A stretch of DNA of 64,000 nt from positions 1 to 64,000 of the IMG/VR virus record IMGVR_UViG_3300032269_000703, one strand, 5' to 3'. The position numbers and the translations under genes are program-made. The notes beneath the pieces were generated by a model. That model searched no databases. It had not been told where the DNA came from and saw only the letters and a program-made list of their open reading frames with translations. The stretch comes from a virus (Duplodnaviria > Caudoviricetes). Of this stretch, positions 44,804 through 55,432 are shown piece after piece; within the stretch, counting starts at the first letter, position 1, and every line of letters begins with the position of its first letter.

Positions 44804-45544
44804 ATGGCAACAAATAATAATGGAAACCTGCTAGATTCAGCAGGTAACATCGTCGTTGACTTTGTATGGGGTAACTTCCCTCTACAGCCAAACGATGTAC
44901 GTCCAGACACCGCAACAGGTCGCCTAGACTTTGCTCTAGACAACCACGTAATTGCACAGGTTGGCTGGAATGGCTACCCTCTTTATGTACCAAACACGGA
45001 CGGTTCAGCCGTAGACAGCGACAGCCCAGCAGATGGTATTCAAGCAGATGAAATTTTCTTGAATATTGCCTTAAACTCCGCTGTAAGTGGAACTGTAGCA
45101 CTAGTTGTTGGTCAGACAACTGCTTTAGCTGTTGACTCCCTAAAGGATAACGGCTTCCTAGCAGCAAATATTACAACCGCATCTGGAGCAGCCAACGCTG
45201 CTAAGAGCATTACCCGTGTTAACGTAACTTCTACTACTGCAGCCAACGTATACACCACCACTGCAAGCACTGCTTATCCAGTTGGAACTAAGGTAGTTAT
45301 TGCTGCTGGAACCGGTATCCCTGCAGGTGTTGTAGGTACTTGGACCGTAACTAACGCTACTAGCACTTACATCACCATTGCTGGTACTGGATTTACTGTA
45401 GCGGATTCAGGTACAATTTCTCCTGCCGCTACATTAACGGGTCTTGCTGGAACAGTGAAGTCTATTGCGTTTGGTTCAGGTACAATTGCCAACCAGACAA
45501 CTGCTTCAACTGTAACTGTAACCCCGTTTGCTACTGCTAGCTAA
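44804..45544 (+). CDS. Probable virion structural protein (Thr/Ala/Gly-rich, PASTA-like elements)
   Basis: MATNNNGNLLDSAGN; VVGQTTALAVDSLKDNGF...TVKS. Confidence 0.55.
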   Translation: MATNNNGNLLDSAGNIVVDFVWGNFPLQPNDVRPDTATGRLDFALDNHVIAQVGWNGYPLYVPNTDGSAVDSDSPADGIQADEIFLNIALNSAVSGTVALVVGQTTALAVDSLKDNGFLAANITTASGAANAAKSITRVNVTSTTAANVYTTTASTAYPVGTKVVIAAGTGIPAGVVGTWTVTNATSTYITIAGTGFTVADSGTISPAATLTGLAGTVKSIAFGSGTIANQTTASTVTVTPFATAS

Positions 45545-45559
45545 AACTAAATAACTAAT

Positions 45560-46435
45560 ATGGCTCGGTCCTGGGATCCTTCTAATCAACCTGATCAGCA
45601 ACTTCGTTTAGAAGCTGCTCAAAGGTTGGATCCTAGGGCTGAGCTTTATCAAATAGACCCTGACGTTGCTGTTGAGCTTTTAAGACTCCAGCAAGGAACT
45701 GGTGGAAATTACACCAGCATTGAAAGTGCTTTTCAAGCATTGCCCACTGCATCATCTGTTGGTGAATTTGCTAAAACAGGTCAATTTGCAGAAGCTAGAT
45801 CTCTTTATTTTGATGATGCCGTTCGTGCATCGCAACTTGGGTATGACATAACTACAGGAAAGTACTACACCACCAGTACTGCTTATGATTCTAATACAAA
45901 AAGTAGGTTTACACGAGGCGGTATTGAATACGAAAACTTGTCCTCAGATGCAAGAGATTACGAAGATGCTCCAGCACCTATTACCGTAAAACCTACTTCT
46001 ACAATAAACCCTAGAAAGCCTAGAACTGTTGCTGCTGGTTATAGAGCAGGAACAAATGAAGATGGGTCTGCTGGTACTCTTACCGTAATTTTTAGAGACG
46101 GCAGTTACTACAACTACTATGAAGTAGAGCCTTATCTATGGCAACAGTTTAAACAAGTAAAATCTAAAGGTAGATTTATTGCTAAATATTTAGATCAAAA
46201 GCCTAGAGGATACGCTAGCGTTGCGTACATCACTGCAATAGCTCAAAAAACAGAATACTATATTTCTCGTACTAACCAGGTTATGTCTAGAGGTAAGCAA
46301 GGACTGCGCTCCAAGAGACAGCCTAACTTGGAAAGAAGATTGCTGCAAGCCGAGCGCGCAACAAGAAGAGCTGCTAGAATTGCTAAAGCAGCAGGAACAA
46401 ATCCTGCTAAAGGTAGAGGAAAAAGGCGCGCATAG
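45560..46435 (+). CDS. KTSC domain-containing protein
   Basis: GY...TLTVIFRDGSYYNYYEVEPYLWQQFKQVKSKGRFI. Confidence 0.75.
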   Translation: MARSWDPSNQPDQQLRLEAAQRLDPRAELYQIDPDVAVELLRLQQGTGGNYTSIESAFQALPTASSVGEFAKTGQFAEARSLYFDDAVRASQLGYDITTGKYYTTSTAYDSNTKSRFTRGGIEYENLSSDARDYEDAPAPITVKPTSTINPRKPRTVAAGYRAGTNEDGSAGTLTVIFRDGSYYNYYEVEPYLWQQFKQVKSKGRFIAKYLDQKPRGYASVAYITAIAQKTEYYISRTNQVMSRGKQGLRSKRQPNLERRLLQAERATRRAARIAKAAGTNPAKGRGKRRA

Positions 46436-46439
46436 ATTA

Positions 46440-46757
46440 ATGCCAAAAATACACAATATCGGAAAACAACACTTTGTACAGTTTTTTAGGTTTCCTGTTA
46501 AATGGGGTGCTAGAATAGCTGTAATAGGTCATACACAAGAGATCGAGCCACCTTACAGAACCTCTAAACCTCTTATGATTAGGCTGCCATTTTACCATGT
46601 TTTAGTCATTGGTAAATGGAGTGGAGAACTAGAAGAAGAAACAGCGCTAACAACTGCGCTAGAAATGCGAGTACTAACTGATGAAGATTTTCAAGAAGGA
46701 TGGACCCCAGCAGCCTACGAAGTTGGAGAAGAGGGTAGCCTCTATATCGACTCCTGA
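46440..46757 (+). CDS. Hypothetical protein
   Basis: Start MPKIHNIG. Confidence 0.5.
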   Translation: MPKIHNIGKQHFVQFFRFPVKWGARIAVIGHTQEIEPPYRTSKPLMIRLPFYHVLVIGKWSGELEEETALTTALEMRVLTDEDFQEGWTPAAYEVGEEGSLYIDS

Positions 46758-46917
46758 GCTAGTAACTTGGGTAGAAACTCACCTTTACATTATTGGTAAA
46801 GAGACCACTGCTTGGTTAAAAACAAAAGAAGCCTTTTTTTTAGAAGACGCTGAATCAGCAGCTGAGGTGTTAGTTGTTATCATGAAAGAGCTAAAAAAGA
46901 GGTCAAATGAGCTTTGA
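46681..46917 (+). CDS. Hypothetical protein upstream of TerL
   Basis: 78 aa, overlaps its neighbours. Confidence 0.45.
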   Translation: MKIFKKDGPQQPTKLEKRVASISTPELVTWVETHLYIIGKETTAWLKTKEAFFLEDAESAAEVLVVIMKELKKRSNEL

Positions 46918-48487
46918 GGAAGAAAAATTTGAGGAAATAAATCCCGATTTTTATAAAGAAGACCATGAGGCTGTAGAAGAAGATTTTGAAGAGCCAGAAG
47001 ATGAACTATCTAAAGACTTTGTTAATAAACTTATAGACAAAATTATGGAGTTTATGGGTGTCCTTGTTGGGCATCAACTTCACCCCTATCAACAGCCGTT
47101 AGCTAAAAGAATTATTGAGTCAGTAATTATTGGTGATGGTGAAGAGATTACCGCCCTTGCTGCTCGTCAGTCAGGTAAGTCCGAAACTATTGCAAATACT
47201 GTGTCTACGCTTATGCTATTGATGCCTAGACTTGCAAAGATCTATCCTGATCTTCTTGGCAAATTTAAGGACGGCATTTGGGTCGGTCTATTCGCTCCTA
47301 CTGAATCTCAGGCAGAAACTTTGTTTAGCCGAACTGTAACTCGATTAAGCTCTGAGCGTGCGCAAGAAATTCTTAGTGACCCTGAAATTGACGATGTAGC
47401 TGCTAAAGCTGGTGGTGTTACTAAAATGATTCGACTTAAGAAGTCTGGATCTACCTTAACAATGATGACTGCTAACCCTCGTGCAAAGATTGAATCTAAG
47501 TCGTTCCACCTTGTTGTTATTGATGAGTGTCAAGAAGCTGATGACTTTATTGTTACTAAGTCTATTTCTCCTATGATGGCGTATTATGCGGGTACTATGG
47601 TTAAGACCGGAACACCTACTACTCATAAAAACAATTTCTATAAGTCTATCCAATTAAACAGACGTAGACAAACTGGTAGAAATGCTAGACAAAACCATTT
47701 TCAATGGGACTACAGGGATGTAGCAAAGATTAACCCAGATTATAATAAGTTTATAAAGAAAGAAATTATTCGTATTGGAGAGGAGTCAGATGAATTTCAG
47801 ATGTCGTACAACTGCAAGTGGCTACTTGAACGCGGAATGTTTGTCTCTTCTACCCTCTTGGATGAGCTTGGTGACACTAGCCAAAAAATCGTCAAAACCT
47901 GGCATCAGACACCCGTTGTTGTCGGAGTCGATCCTGCTAGAAAAATGGACTCAACCGTTGTTACTGTTGTCTGGGTCGACTGGGATAGACCTGATGAGTT
48001 TGGGTATTACGATCATAGAATCCTCAACTGGTTGGAAATACAAGGCGATGACTGGGAAGAACAGTACTTCCAAATAGTAAACTTTTTAAGCAACTATGAT
48101 GTATTGGCAATTGGTATCGATGCTAACGGTGTTGGTGACGCGGTAGCACAGCGTCTAAAAATTCTTATGCCTAGAGCTGAGGTCGTAGCCCTCACATCTA
48201 GCCAATCGGAGCAATCTAAACGGTTTAAACACTTACAGGAGCTTCTACAAAGAAGATCTTTAGCTTACCCTTCTCATGCAGAATCTAGGCGTCTTCGTAT
48301 ATGGAAACGTTTTTACCAGCAGATGACAGATGTAGAAATTAAGTATAAAGGTCCTAACTTTACAGTAGCAGCGCCTGATGAGACATACGCGCACGATGAC
48401 TATGTGGATAGTTTAGCTATGGCTTGCTCTCTTACCAGAGAATTAGTAATGCCAGAGGTAAATGTGTCTTCTAGTCCTTTTTTCTAA
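46907..48487 (+). CDS. terL: Terminase large subunit
   Basis: Walker A ARQSGKS, Walker B VVIDECQ, GTP coupling motif, nuclease VGVDPA...IDANGVG...HDDYVDS. Confidence 0.93.
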   Translation: MSFEEEKFEEINPDFYKEDHEAVEEDFEEPEDELSKDFVNKLIDKIMEFMGVLVGHQLHPYQQPLAKRIIESVIIGDGEEITALAARQSGKSETIANTVSTLMLLMPRLAKIYPDLLGKFKDGIWVGLFAPTESQAETLFSRTVTRLSSERAQEILSDPEIDDVAAKAGGVTKMIRLKKSGSTLTMMTANPRAKIESKSFHLVVIDECQEADDFIVTKSISPMMAYYAGTMVKTGTPTTHKNNFYKSIQLNRRRQTGRNARQNHFQWDYRDVAKINPDYNKFIKKEIIRIGEESDEFQMSYNCKWLLERGMFVSSTLLDELGDTSQKIVKTWHQTPVVVGVDPARKMDSTVVTVVWVDWDRPDEFGYYDHRILNWLEIQGDDWEEQYFQIVNFLSNYDVLAIGIDANGVGDAVAQRLKILMPRAEVVALTSSQSEQSKRFKHLQELLQRRSLAYPSHAESRRLRIWKRFYQQMTDVEIKYKGPNFTVAAPDETYAHDDYVDSLAMACSLTRELVMPEVNVSSSPFF

Positions 48488-48578
48488 AAATTATTAATTA
48501 AGCCTTTATTTATGTTGATTATAAGTCAAACTAAGTATTGGAATACTGCAGTTCCATTTCTAACTAAAAGGAGTTTCC

Positions 48579-48974
48579 ATGGGCATTTCTCCAAATCCTA
48601 TGTTTCCAGAGCGTGCGCCGCAGGCGTACGAACTAAAAGCCGCAGGTAACGTCGAGCGTAGAGGTCCACTTCGTTTTGAAGAGGGTGTTGCTACTGACAC
48701 TGACGTTCCTAACGACTTCCAGAAGGGTATCATGAGCGGCTTTGCTGCAGCTCCTGGTCGCCCAAACCGCAACGCACCAGTATGGCAGAAGCCAGCTGCT
48801 GAGACCCTAGCAGAACGTTCACACGTAGGTTCTGCTGCATGGATCGAAGCACCTACTTTCCTAGGTGAGTTTGCACACGGTTCATTCACTAACTATGCTG
48901 AGCAGACTGTTGAGACCAAGTTGGTTTCTGGTGGTAAAACAGCACGTTTGAACCCAACAGTAGTTCAAGACTAA
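48579..48974 (+). CDS. Hypothetical (probably virion) protein
   Basis: 131 aa, AAGGAG RBS, between TerL and portal. Confidence 0.6.
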   Translation: MGISPNPMFPERAPQAYELKAAGNVERRGPLRFEEGVATDTDVPNDFQKGIMSGFAAAPGRPNRNAPVWQKPAAETLAERSHVGSAAWIEAPTFLGEFAHGSFTNYAEQTVETKLVSGGKTARLNPTVVQD

Positions 48975-48984
48975 TAACAAACAC

Positions 48985-49032
48985 CTTACTCTTGCCCCCG
49001 CCCCTTATAAGGGGGCGTGGGGGCGAGGTAAG
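48985..49032 (+). other. Long GC-rich hairpin
   Basis: CTTACTCTTGCCCCCGCCCCTT-AT-AAGGGGGCGTGGGGGCGAGGTAAG; no clear U-tract. Confidence 0.55.
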
Positions 49033-49056
49033 CTCTACGTTTGAGGAGACGGCATA

Positions 49057-49338
49057 ATGGCACAAGTACCTGCCAATGAAAAGCTTTGGACTTTGATTGT
49101 TACACAAGCAAAAGCCAAGTACACTAACTACCCTAACCCAGGCGCTAGCCACTGGGTTCATCAGCAGTACCTGAAGCACGGTGGTCGGTTTATTGAGACT
49201 AGCGAAGAGACTCGTCGCAAGAAGATCGCACAAAAGATGCTAGAAGAAAAGTTGCGTAAGAAGGCTGCTCACAAAGGTCTTAAAAAAGACGAAAAGAATT
49301 CAAAGCCTGTTCCAAAGAAAAAGTCTAAGGATAAATAA
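49057..49338 (+). CDS. Small basic protein
   Basis: 93 aa, Lys-rich C-terminus; GAGGAG RBS. Confidence 0.55.
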   Translation: MAQVPANEKLWTLIVTQAKAKYTNYPNPGASHWVHQQYLKHGGRFIETSEETRRKKIAQKMLEEKLRKKAAHKGLKKDEKNSKPVPKKKSKDK

Positions 49339-49342
49339 ATAA

Positions 49343-51073
49343 ATGTCTTTTGCGGACTTTTCACCACCCAGTTATAGGGCGGCTTCTTCTGACCTAACAA
49401 TCTCTATTTCTCCATTAGGTCTTGTAGAACTTGCTGACGAAGAGTTTGAGGTCCACGGTCCTCGTCTAAACCGTTACAGCCTTAACTGGGCTATGTACCT
49501 TGGTCACCACTGGGGCTATCGCCGTGAACAAGGCGAAATGCAAATTTCGATTAATTATTACCGTGCTTTTCTAGATTACATTTCTAGATTTACTTTTGGT
49601 AAGGGTGTCCACTTTAAATCCCCTAAAGCTACTGAGGCTATTATTCCTCAGCTTCTTGAGCGTGTATGGGAAGTAGACAACAACAAGATGCAGATCTTGT
49701 TTGAAATGGCTCAAACTGGTGCTGTATCAGGTGACTGTTTTGTTAAGATTGCTTATGAAGAAGCATGGGAAGATAGCGTAGGTCGCTTTCACCCAGGACG
49801 TGTTCGTATTCTTCCTCTAAACCCTGCGTTTTGTTTTCCAGAGTTCCACCCACACGATAGAACTCGTTTACTTAGATTTAAGCAGAAGTACCGTTTCTGG
49901 GGCACAAGCCTAGAAGGTACTCGTCAGGTATTTACTTACACTGAAATCCTTACCGATGACATTATCGAAGAATACATCAATGACGAGTTGATTGACTCAA
50001 GACCAAACCCACTAGGTCAGATCCCAGTTGTTCACATTCCTAATATTCCGGTTTCTGGTTCTCCATGGGGTCTAGCAGACGCTCATGACATCATCACTAT
50101 TAACCGTTCATATAACGAAATCTCTACAGATATTGCAGACATCATCAACTACCACGCTGCGCCTGTAACAGTTATTGTTGGTGCTAAAGCTTCTAACCTT
50201 GAAAAGGGTGCAAAGAAAGTTTGGGGTGGTCTTCCTAAAGACTCTCAGGTATTTAATCTTGAAGGTGGAGGCGCTGGTCTTGCTGGTGCAATGGAGTACC
50301 TGTCTTCACTAAAGACTGCTATGCACGAAATGATGAACGTACCAGAGACTGCTCTTGGTCAAGTTCAACCTATTTCAAACACCTCTGGTGTTGCTCTGTC
50401 TATTCAGTACCAGCCTTTGATGAACCGCTGGGCACAAAAGACCGCTCAATACGGTAAGGGTCTTGAACGTATTAACGAGATTGTTATTTTAAATCTTGTT
50501 GTTAAAGAACCACAGGTTCTTACCTATGACCCAAGCACTAATGCGCCATTAAAAGAAGGTCAGTTAGATGTCTTAGACCCTAATGATCCTCTTACTTATA
50601 GATCATTTGCACATTTTCCTCAACCTCTTCCTTTAGACAAGCTAATCTTGATGAGCGAACTTCAGCAAAAGATGGCACTAGGACTAGAGTCTAAAGAAGG
50701 TGCTTTGCGTGCTCTTGGTGAAGAATTCCCAGATGAGAAGCTTGAAGAAATTCGTAAGGAAATGATTGAAGATGCTAAGGCTGATGGTGCCTTGACACTC
50801 ATTAAGGTACAGATCCAGAAAGAAATTATGGATATGACCGGTATGATGCCAGGACCTGAAGGTAGCTCCGCAACTCCTATTGACCCTATGATGATGGGTG
50901 ATGGAGATGTTATGGGTGATGGTATTGAAGGTCCACCTGAAGAGGGTGCTGACAATCCTGAGCTAAACTCTAACATGGAAGAAGAGCAGGGCGAAGCTAG
51001 CATGAGAGAAACTTTGGTACAACAGGCATACGGTGCCAACATACCAACAAGAGATCCTATAGATAGACAATAA
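49343..51073 (+). CDS. Portal protein (SPP1 gp6-like)
   Basis: 576 aa between TerL and scaffold; NPLGQIPVVHIPN, SGVALSIQYQPL, acidic tail. Confidence 0.88.
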   Translation: MSFADFSPPSYRAASSDLTISISPLGLVELADEEFEVHGPRLNRYSLNWAMYLGHHWGYRREQGEMQISINYYRAFLDYISRFTFGKGVHFKSPKATEAIIPQLLERVWEVDNNKMQILFEMAQTGAVSGDCFVKIAYEEAWEDSVGRFHPGRVRILPLNPAFCFPEFHPHDRTRLLRFKQKYRFWGTSLEGTRQVFTYTEILTDDIIEEYINDELIDSRPNPLGQIPVVHIPNIPVSGSPWGLADAHDIITINRSYNEISTDIADIINYHAAPVTVIVGAKASNLEKGAKKVWGGLPKDSQVFNLEGGGAGLAGAMEYLSSLKTAMHEMMNVPETALGQVQPISNTSGVALSIQYQPLMNRWAQKTAQYGKGLERINEIVILNLVVKEPQVLTYDPSTNAPLKEGQLDVLDPNDPLTYRSFAHFPQPLPLDKLILMSELQQKMALGLESKEGALRALGEEFPDEKLEEIRKEMIEDAKADGALTLIKVQIQKEIMDMTGMMPGPEGSSATPIDPMMMGDGDVMGDGIEGPPEEGADNPELNSNMEEEQGEASMRETLVQQAYGANIPTRDPIDRQ

Positions 51074-51192
51074 ATAATTTTAGTTTGCTAAGAAACTAAT
51101 TACTAATTTCCTTATTCTTATAGTATACCCACTGACAAGGTCACGTGCTCACACATCGGAAAACGACCCACGAGAATGAAAAGAGATAAATA

Positions 51193-51954
51193 ATGGATGA
51201 AAACCTAGAGGTAGAAAGTACTACCGAACAAGTTGCACCTGAAGCTGTTGTTGAGGAGACACTCTTGCCAAACACTGACAAGGTTGCTGAAGCAATTCAG
51301 AAAGCCCGTGCTCAGGAAAAGGCAAAGCTTTACCCTCAAGTAGAAAAGCTACAGGAAGAACTAGCTATGCTTCGTAAGGAGCGTGAAGAGCGTCAAGCTC
51401 TAGAGGCTGAGCGTGCAGCAAAGCGTCAGGCTCGTGAGTCTGAGCGTCAAGCTGAACGTAAGAAGCAGGAAGAATCAGAACTTGAGGTTCGCGATCTTCT
51501 TGCTAAAAAAGAACAGGAATGGGCAAGTAAATTTGAAGCTGAGCGTGTAGAACGCGAAAAAGCTTTTGCTCTTCTTGATCGGGAGCGTGAATTCCAGGAG
51601 CTGCAGCAATATCGTTCGCAGCGTCTAGAACAAGAGCGCGAAAACATTATTCCAGAACTAGTAGACCTAATTTCTGGAAATTCTAAGGATGAAATTGAGC
51701 AGAGCATCCTTGGTCTTAAAGAACGTTCTGCAAAAATCTTCGATTCTGTTACGCAAGTCGCACAGCAGAGCCGCAAGGAGATGACTGGTACACGCATCAC
51801 CGTACCAGCAAACGGACCCCTCGACAATGATTCGGACTCAGCTACGTTAACCCCCGACAGTATTTCAAATATGTCAATGGCAGAATATGCAAAGAATCGC
51901 TCAAAGCTTTTGGGCGGTAATAACAACCGTGGACAGGGATTGTTCGGTAATTAA
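51193..51954 (+). CDS. Capsid scaffolding protein
   Basis: Glu/Arg/Lys coiled coil directly upstream of MCP; C-terminal MSMAEYAKNR. Confidence 0.8.
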   Translation: MDENLEVESTTEQVAPEAVVEETLLPNTDKVAEAIQKARAQEKAKLYPQVEKLQEELAMLRKEREERQALEAERAAKRQARESERQAERKKQEESELEVRDLLAKKEQEWASKFEAERVEREKAFALLDREREFQELQQYRSQRLEQERENIIPELVDLISGNSKDEIEQSILGLKERSAKIFDSVTQVAQQSRKEMTGTRITVPANGPLDNDSDSATLTPDSISNMSMAEYAKNRSKLLGGNNNRGQGLFGN

Positions 51955-51990
51955 CCACCTAACTAACAACCGCTTCTGAAAGGAGCAAAA

Positions 51991-53121
51991 ATGGCAGGTT
52001 CTGCTATTACAGGTTCGTCCCAGCTCGCTGGTGCACCTACCGCTTATTCAGGCTCAAACTCACAGTTGAGCCAATCTATCCAAACCATTTGGTCGAAGGA
52101 AATCCTATTCCAGGCTATGCCAATTCTACGCTTTGAGCAGTTCGCTGTTAAGAAGACTGAACTAGGTGTTGCTCCTGGTCTACGTGTTAACTTCCTACGT
52201 TACAAGAACTTCGCAGTGGACCCAACTCCACTATCAGAAGGTGTACGTATGACCACCAACGCTCTAACCGCAGAGCAGATTGCTATCACCGTTGCCGAGC
52301 ACGGATACGCAGTTGCAGTCTCAGAGCTGTTGCTAAACGCATCTTTCGACGACATCATGGCTTCTGCTTCACGTTTGCTTGGTCGCCACATGGCTCAGTA
52401 CCTAGACGTACAGGCTCGTAACACTCTATCAGCAGCTACTTCAGCTGTTTATGGTTACGACCGTTCAGGTTTCTCATCTTCAACTACTTTCAACACATAT
52501 GCTGAAGGTACCGTTGGAACTAAGCTATCTGATCTAACTGGTAACTTCAAGCTAACAACCGGTGCTATCAAGGACGCTGCGCTAACTCTTGCGTCTAAGA
52601 ACATCCCAAGGCTTGGAGAGACCTACGTACAGTTCATTCACCCTAAGCAGTCTCGTGACCTTCGCTCAAACCCAGAGTTTATCGAAGTAACCAAGTACGC
52701 TGCTCCAGGTAACTTCATGCTAGGTGAAATCGGTCGTCTATACGACGTCGTATTCATCGAGACCACCCAGATTAAGCTTCTTGCTTCTGGTACTGCAGTT
52801 GACTACACTTCACTTGTTGGCGCACCTGCTGACCAGGTTGTAGTTCCTGTAAAGGCTAACACTAACCCAGGTTCTGGTGGTAACCCTAACGGTTCTACTT
52901 CACCAAACCCTGCTGGTGGTGCAGATGGTACTCCAGGTGCTTCTGTTTACGAATCAGTAATGATTGGTGACAATGCATTTGGTCACGCTATCTCTCTTCC
53001 AGTTGAGCTTCGTGATGGTGGTGTTCTAGACTTCGGTCGTGAGCACGCACTAGCATGGTACGCTATCTGGGGTCTAGGTGTTATTACTGACCAGGCTATC
53101 GTTAAGGTTTACACCAACTAA
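51991..53121 (+). CDS. Major capsid protein (N4-gp56 family, HK97 fold)
   Basis: PLSEGV, EHGYAVAVS, FIHPKQSRDL, GEIGRLYDVVFIET; strong RBS and highly biased codons. Confidence 0.92.
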   Translation: MAGSAITGSSQLAGAPTAYSGSNSQLSQSIQTIWSKEILFQAMPILRFEQFAVKKTELGVAPGLRVNFLRYKNFAVDPTPLSEGVRMTTNALTAEQIAITVAEHGYAVAVSELLLNASFDDIMASASRLLGRHMAQYLDVQARNTLSAATSAVYGYDRSGFSSSTTFNTYAEGTVGTKLSDLTGNFKLTTGAIKDAALTLASKNIPRLGETYVQFIHPKQSRDLRSNPEFIEVTKYAAPGNFMLGEIGRLYDVVFIETTQIKLLASGTAVDYTSLVGAPADQVVVPVKANTNPGSGGNPNGSTSPNPAGGADGTPGASVYESVMIGDNAFGHAISLPVELRDGGVLDFGREHALAWYAIWGLGVITDQAIVKVYTN

Positions 53122-53145
53122 TAGCCAAACCCTCTCGTGAGGTAC

Positions 53146-53174
53146 GGGGGGCTGGTTCGCCAGCCCCCCACTTT
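53146..53174 (+). terminator. Hairpin/terminator after MCP
   Basis: GGGGGGCTGG-TTCG-CCAGCCCCCC-ACTTT. Confidence 0.75.
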
Positions 53175-53206
53175 AAATAAACAAACAAACATAGGAGAAA
53201 AATATC

Positions 53207-53578
53207 GTGGCAAACACACCAACAAGTCCATTGGACGCAACCGGCAAAGCTGCTGAAGACGCCGCAAAAAAGAACGCAGCAGAAATTAAGAAGCGCCAAG
53301 AAGAGATTGCTATCTCTCGTGCTGCTGAGGAAGAGCTACTAGAAACCGCTGTCTTTGATCCAAAGAAGCCAGACGCTCCAATCCTAATTGATGAAATCGA
53401 AGAAGTTGGTGTATCGATTAACAACGAAAAGGTTGTTATCCGTACTATCACTGATATCGAAGACATGACTTACGGAGTAGGAAACAGTTACACTTTTAAG
53501 CAGGGTGTTAGGTATTCAGTGCCAAAGGATTTGGCAGATTACCTTGAAAGCCTTGGCTACATTTGGCGTGCTAACTAA
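53207..53578 (+). CDS. Capsid-associated hypothetical protein
   Basis: GTG start with AGGAG RBS, directly after MCP. Confidence 0.6.
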   Translation: MANTPTSPLDATGKAAEDAAKKNAAEIKKRQEEIAISRAAEEELLETAVFDPKKPDAPILIDEIEEVGVSINNEKVVIRTITDIEDMTYGVGNSYTFKQGVRYSVPKDLADYLESLGYIWRAN

Positions 53579-53594
53579 GCACGTCTAATAAGCT

Positions 53595-53640
53595 GCCCAC
53601 CCTGTTAGTACCGCCTTCCTCCTAACAGGGTGGGCTTTTT
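53595..53640 (+). terminator. Intrinsic terminator
   Basis: 14-bp stem GCCCACCCTGTTAG/CTAACAGGGTGGGC followed by TTTTT. Confidence 0.85.
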
Positions 53641-53703
53641 ATGTTTGGGCAGATTTTATTACCAAAATGCGAGAACATAAGTATATAGACTTACGGAGGA
53701 TCT

Positions 53704-55002
53704 GTGGCAACACTATCTAATCTTGCTGAAAGAGTTCGTGTAGAACTTGGTGACCTTGGCAAATCTTTTGTAACTAACTTTGTTGCTGATGGTACTACCA
53801 ACCGATTTAGACTTCACTACGCCCCACTAGACGGAAATGGCGTAAAAGTCTTTAAAAATGGGGTAGACATCTCGAATTTAGCATCTGTTGAAGAACAAAC
53901 AGGCGTTCTAGTTACTGACACTGTTCCTGCTGATGGCGACGAACTGCTCGTCAGTGGTACCTATTATCGTTATTTTACTGCTACTGAAGTTAACCACATT
54001 GTTGAAGAAGCCCTACTAACTCACACCCATGGACACACTGATGTTGTTGGGCGACAAATTACTATGGATAATTTGCCTCTTATTGAAGAGTATCCTGTAA
54101 TCATTCACGCTGTTACTCTAGCTTTATACACTTTAGCTACAGATGCATCTTTTGATATTGACATTCAAGCACCAGATGGTGTAAGTATCCCTAGATCTGA
54201 ACGATACCGTCAGTTGATGGATATGGTTCAGGCAAGACAGAGTCAGTACCGTGAACTTTGTACTTTACTTGGTGTTGGTCTATACAAGATTGATGTATTT
54301 AATCTTAATAGGATTTCTAAGTCTACAGGAAGACTTGTCCCTATGTACTTGCCGCAAGAAGTTGACGATCGTTCATACCCAGAAAGAACACACATTGCTA
54401 CACCTACTTTGGGTGCAATTGCTCAACCTTGGGAAACTGAAGCTGGCGAAATAACCGCTTACCAGGGTCGTTCATTCAGCACTTCACTTGATGTTACAGC
54501 TAACCTTGCTGGAAAGTCATTTACTGTAAAAATTCTTAACCAACGTAATTCTCCACTTGCCGTACGAAACTTTGCTCTTTCTGTAGATGCTCCTGGTATT
54601 GATACTATTACTGGGGTTTCTAGAACTTCAGGAAGTACAACTATTACAATTACTACTAGTGCTGCTCATGGATTAAGCACAGGAAACTCTGTAGTTATTA
54701 CAAATGTTAATAGTACTGTAAATGGTGTTTACACAATTTTGAGTGGTAACCCATCAAACACGACCTTTACAGTTACTGGTACAGCTACTGCTGCTTTATC
54801 TCTTACAGGGTTATCTGGTCAAGTTGAGACTAATGTTTCCAAAGATTACACCTTTACATTCTCATTAACTAAAGAAGAGACACAAATGCTAGCTGAAAGA
54901 ACTTACTGGTCACTTTCTGCTATTGATGATTTTACTGGTGATATTACAGAGATTAAGGGCGGCAAGTTCTTTACTGTTAGAGGAACTACGATCGTAATAT
55001 GA
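53704..55002 (+). CDS. Head-tail adaptor / neck protein with beta-rich C-terminal domain
   Basis: MATLSNLAERVRVELGD N-terminus typical of head-completion proteins; position after MCP. Confidence 0.6.
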   Translation: MATLSNLAERVRVELGDLGKSFVTNFVADGTTNRFRLHYAPLDGNGVKVFKNGVDISNLASVEEQTGVLVTDTVPADGDELLVSGTYYRYFTATEVNHIVEEALLTHTHGHTDVVGRQITMDNLPLIEEYPVIIHAVTLALYTLATDASFDIDIQAPDGVSIPRSERYRQLMDMVQARQSQYRELCTLLGVGLYKIDVFNLNRISKSTGRLVPMYLPQEVDDRSYPERTHIATPTLGAIAQPWETEAGEITAYQGRSFSTSLDVTANLAGKSFTVKILNQRNSPLAVRNFALSVDAPGIDTITGVSRTSGSTTITITTSAAHGLSTGNSVVITNVNSTVNGVYTILSGNPSNTTFTVTGTATAALSLTGLSGQVETNVSKDYTFTFSLTKEETQMLAERTYWSLSAIDDFTGDITEIKGGKFFTVRGTTIVI

Positions 55003-55424
55003 GTCCTATAAACCCAAACGCACCAATTTTTCCAGAGCAAGATGTTGCTCTAATTCCGGTATATGATGAACCATACAACCCAAATGACTATCCAACTGCT
55101 GGTACCCCACCACAAGAAGTAGATTCTGATATTGACTGGCAAGAAGTTGATATCAATCTTCTTCCTGGTGTTCCAGCACAACGTGGGGCTACTGGTCCAC
55201 AAGGACCTGCTGGACCTCAAGGTGCTTCAGGCGGCTTTTTAACTTTTACGCAAAATGCGGTTTCTACTACATGGACTATAACTCACGCTCTTGGGTATTA
55301 CCCATCAATTACAACAACCGATTCAGCAGGAACAGTAATAGAAGGAACAATCTCTTACCCATCCATCACTTCGGTAGTAGTTACTTTTGGAATTGCTACC
55401 AGCGGATTTGCTTATCTATCTTAG
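54999..55424 (+). CDS. Short collagen-like virion protein
   Basis: (GXY)n GATGPQGPAGPQGASG; WTITHALGYYP. Confidence 0.65.
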   Translation: MSPINPNAPIFPEQDVALIPVYDEPYNPNDYPTAGTPPQEVDSDIDWQEVDINLLPGVPAQRGATGPQGPAGPQGASGGFLTFTQNAVSTTWTITHALGYYPSITTTDSAGTVIEGTISYPSITSVVVTFGIATSGFAYLS

Positions 55425-55432
55425 GAAAATAA

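Noticed and set aside
11766-48487. Inteins or group I introns in nrdJ or terL; alternative genetic code
   Set aside because: Both genes are uninterrupted and of normal length, and genes end at TAA, TAG and TGA with tight packing under the standard code.
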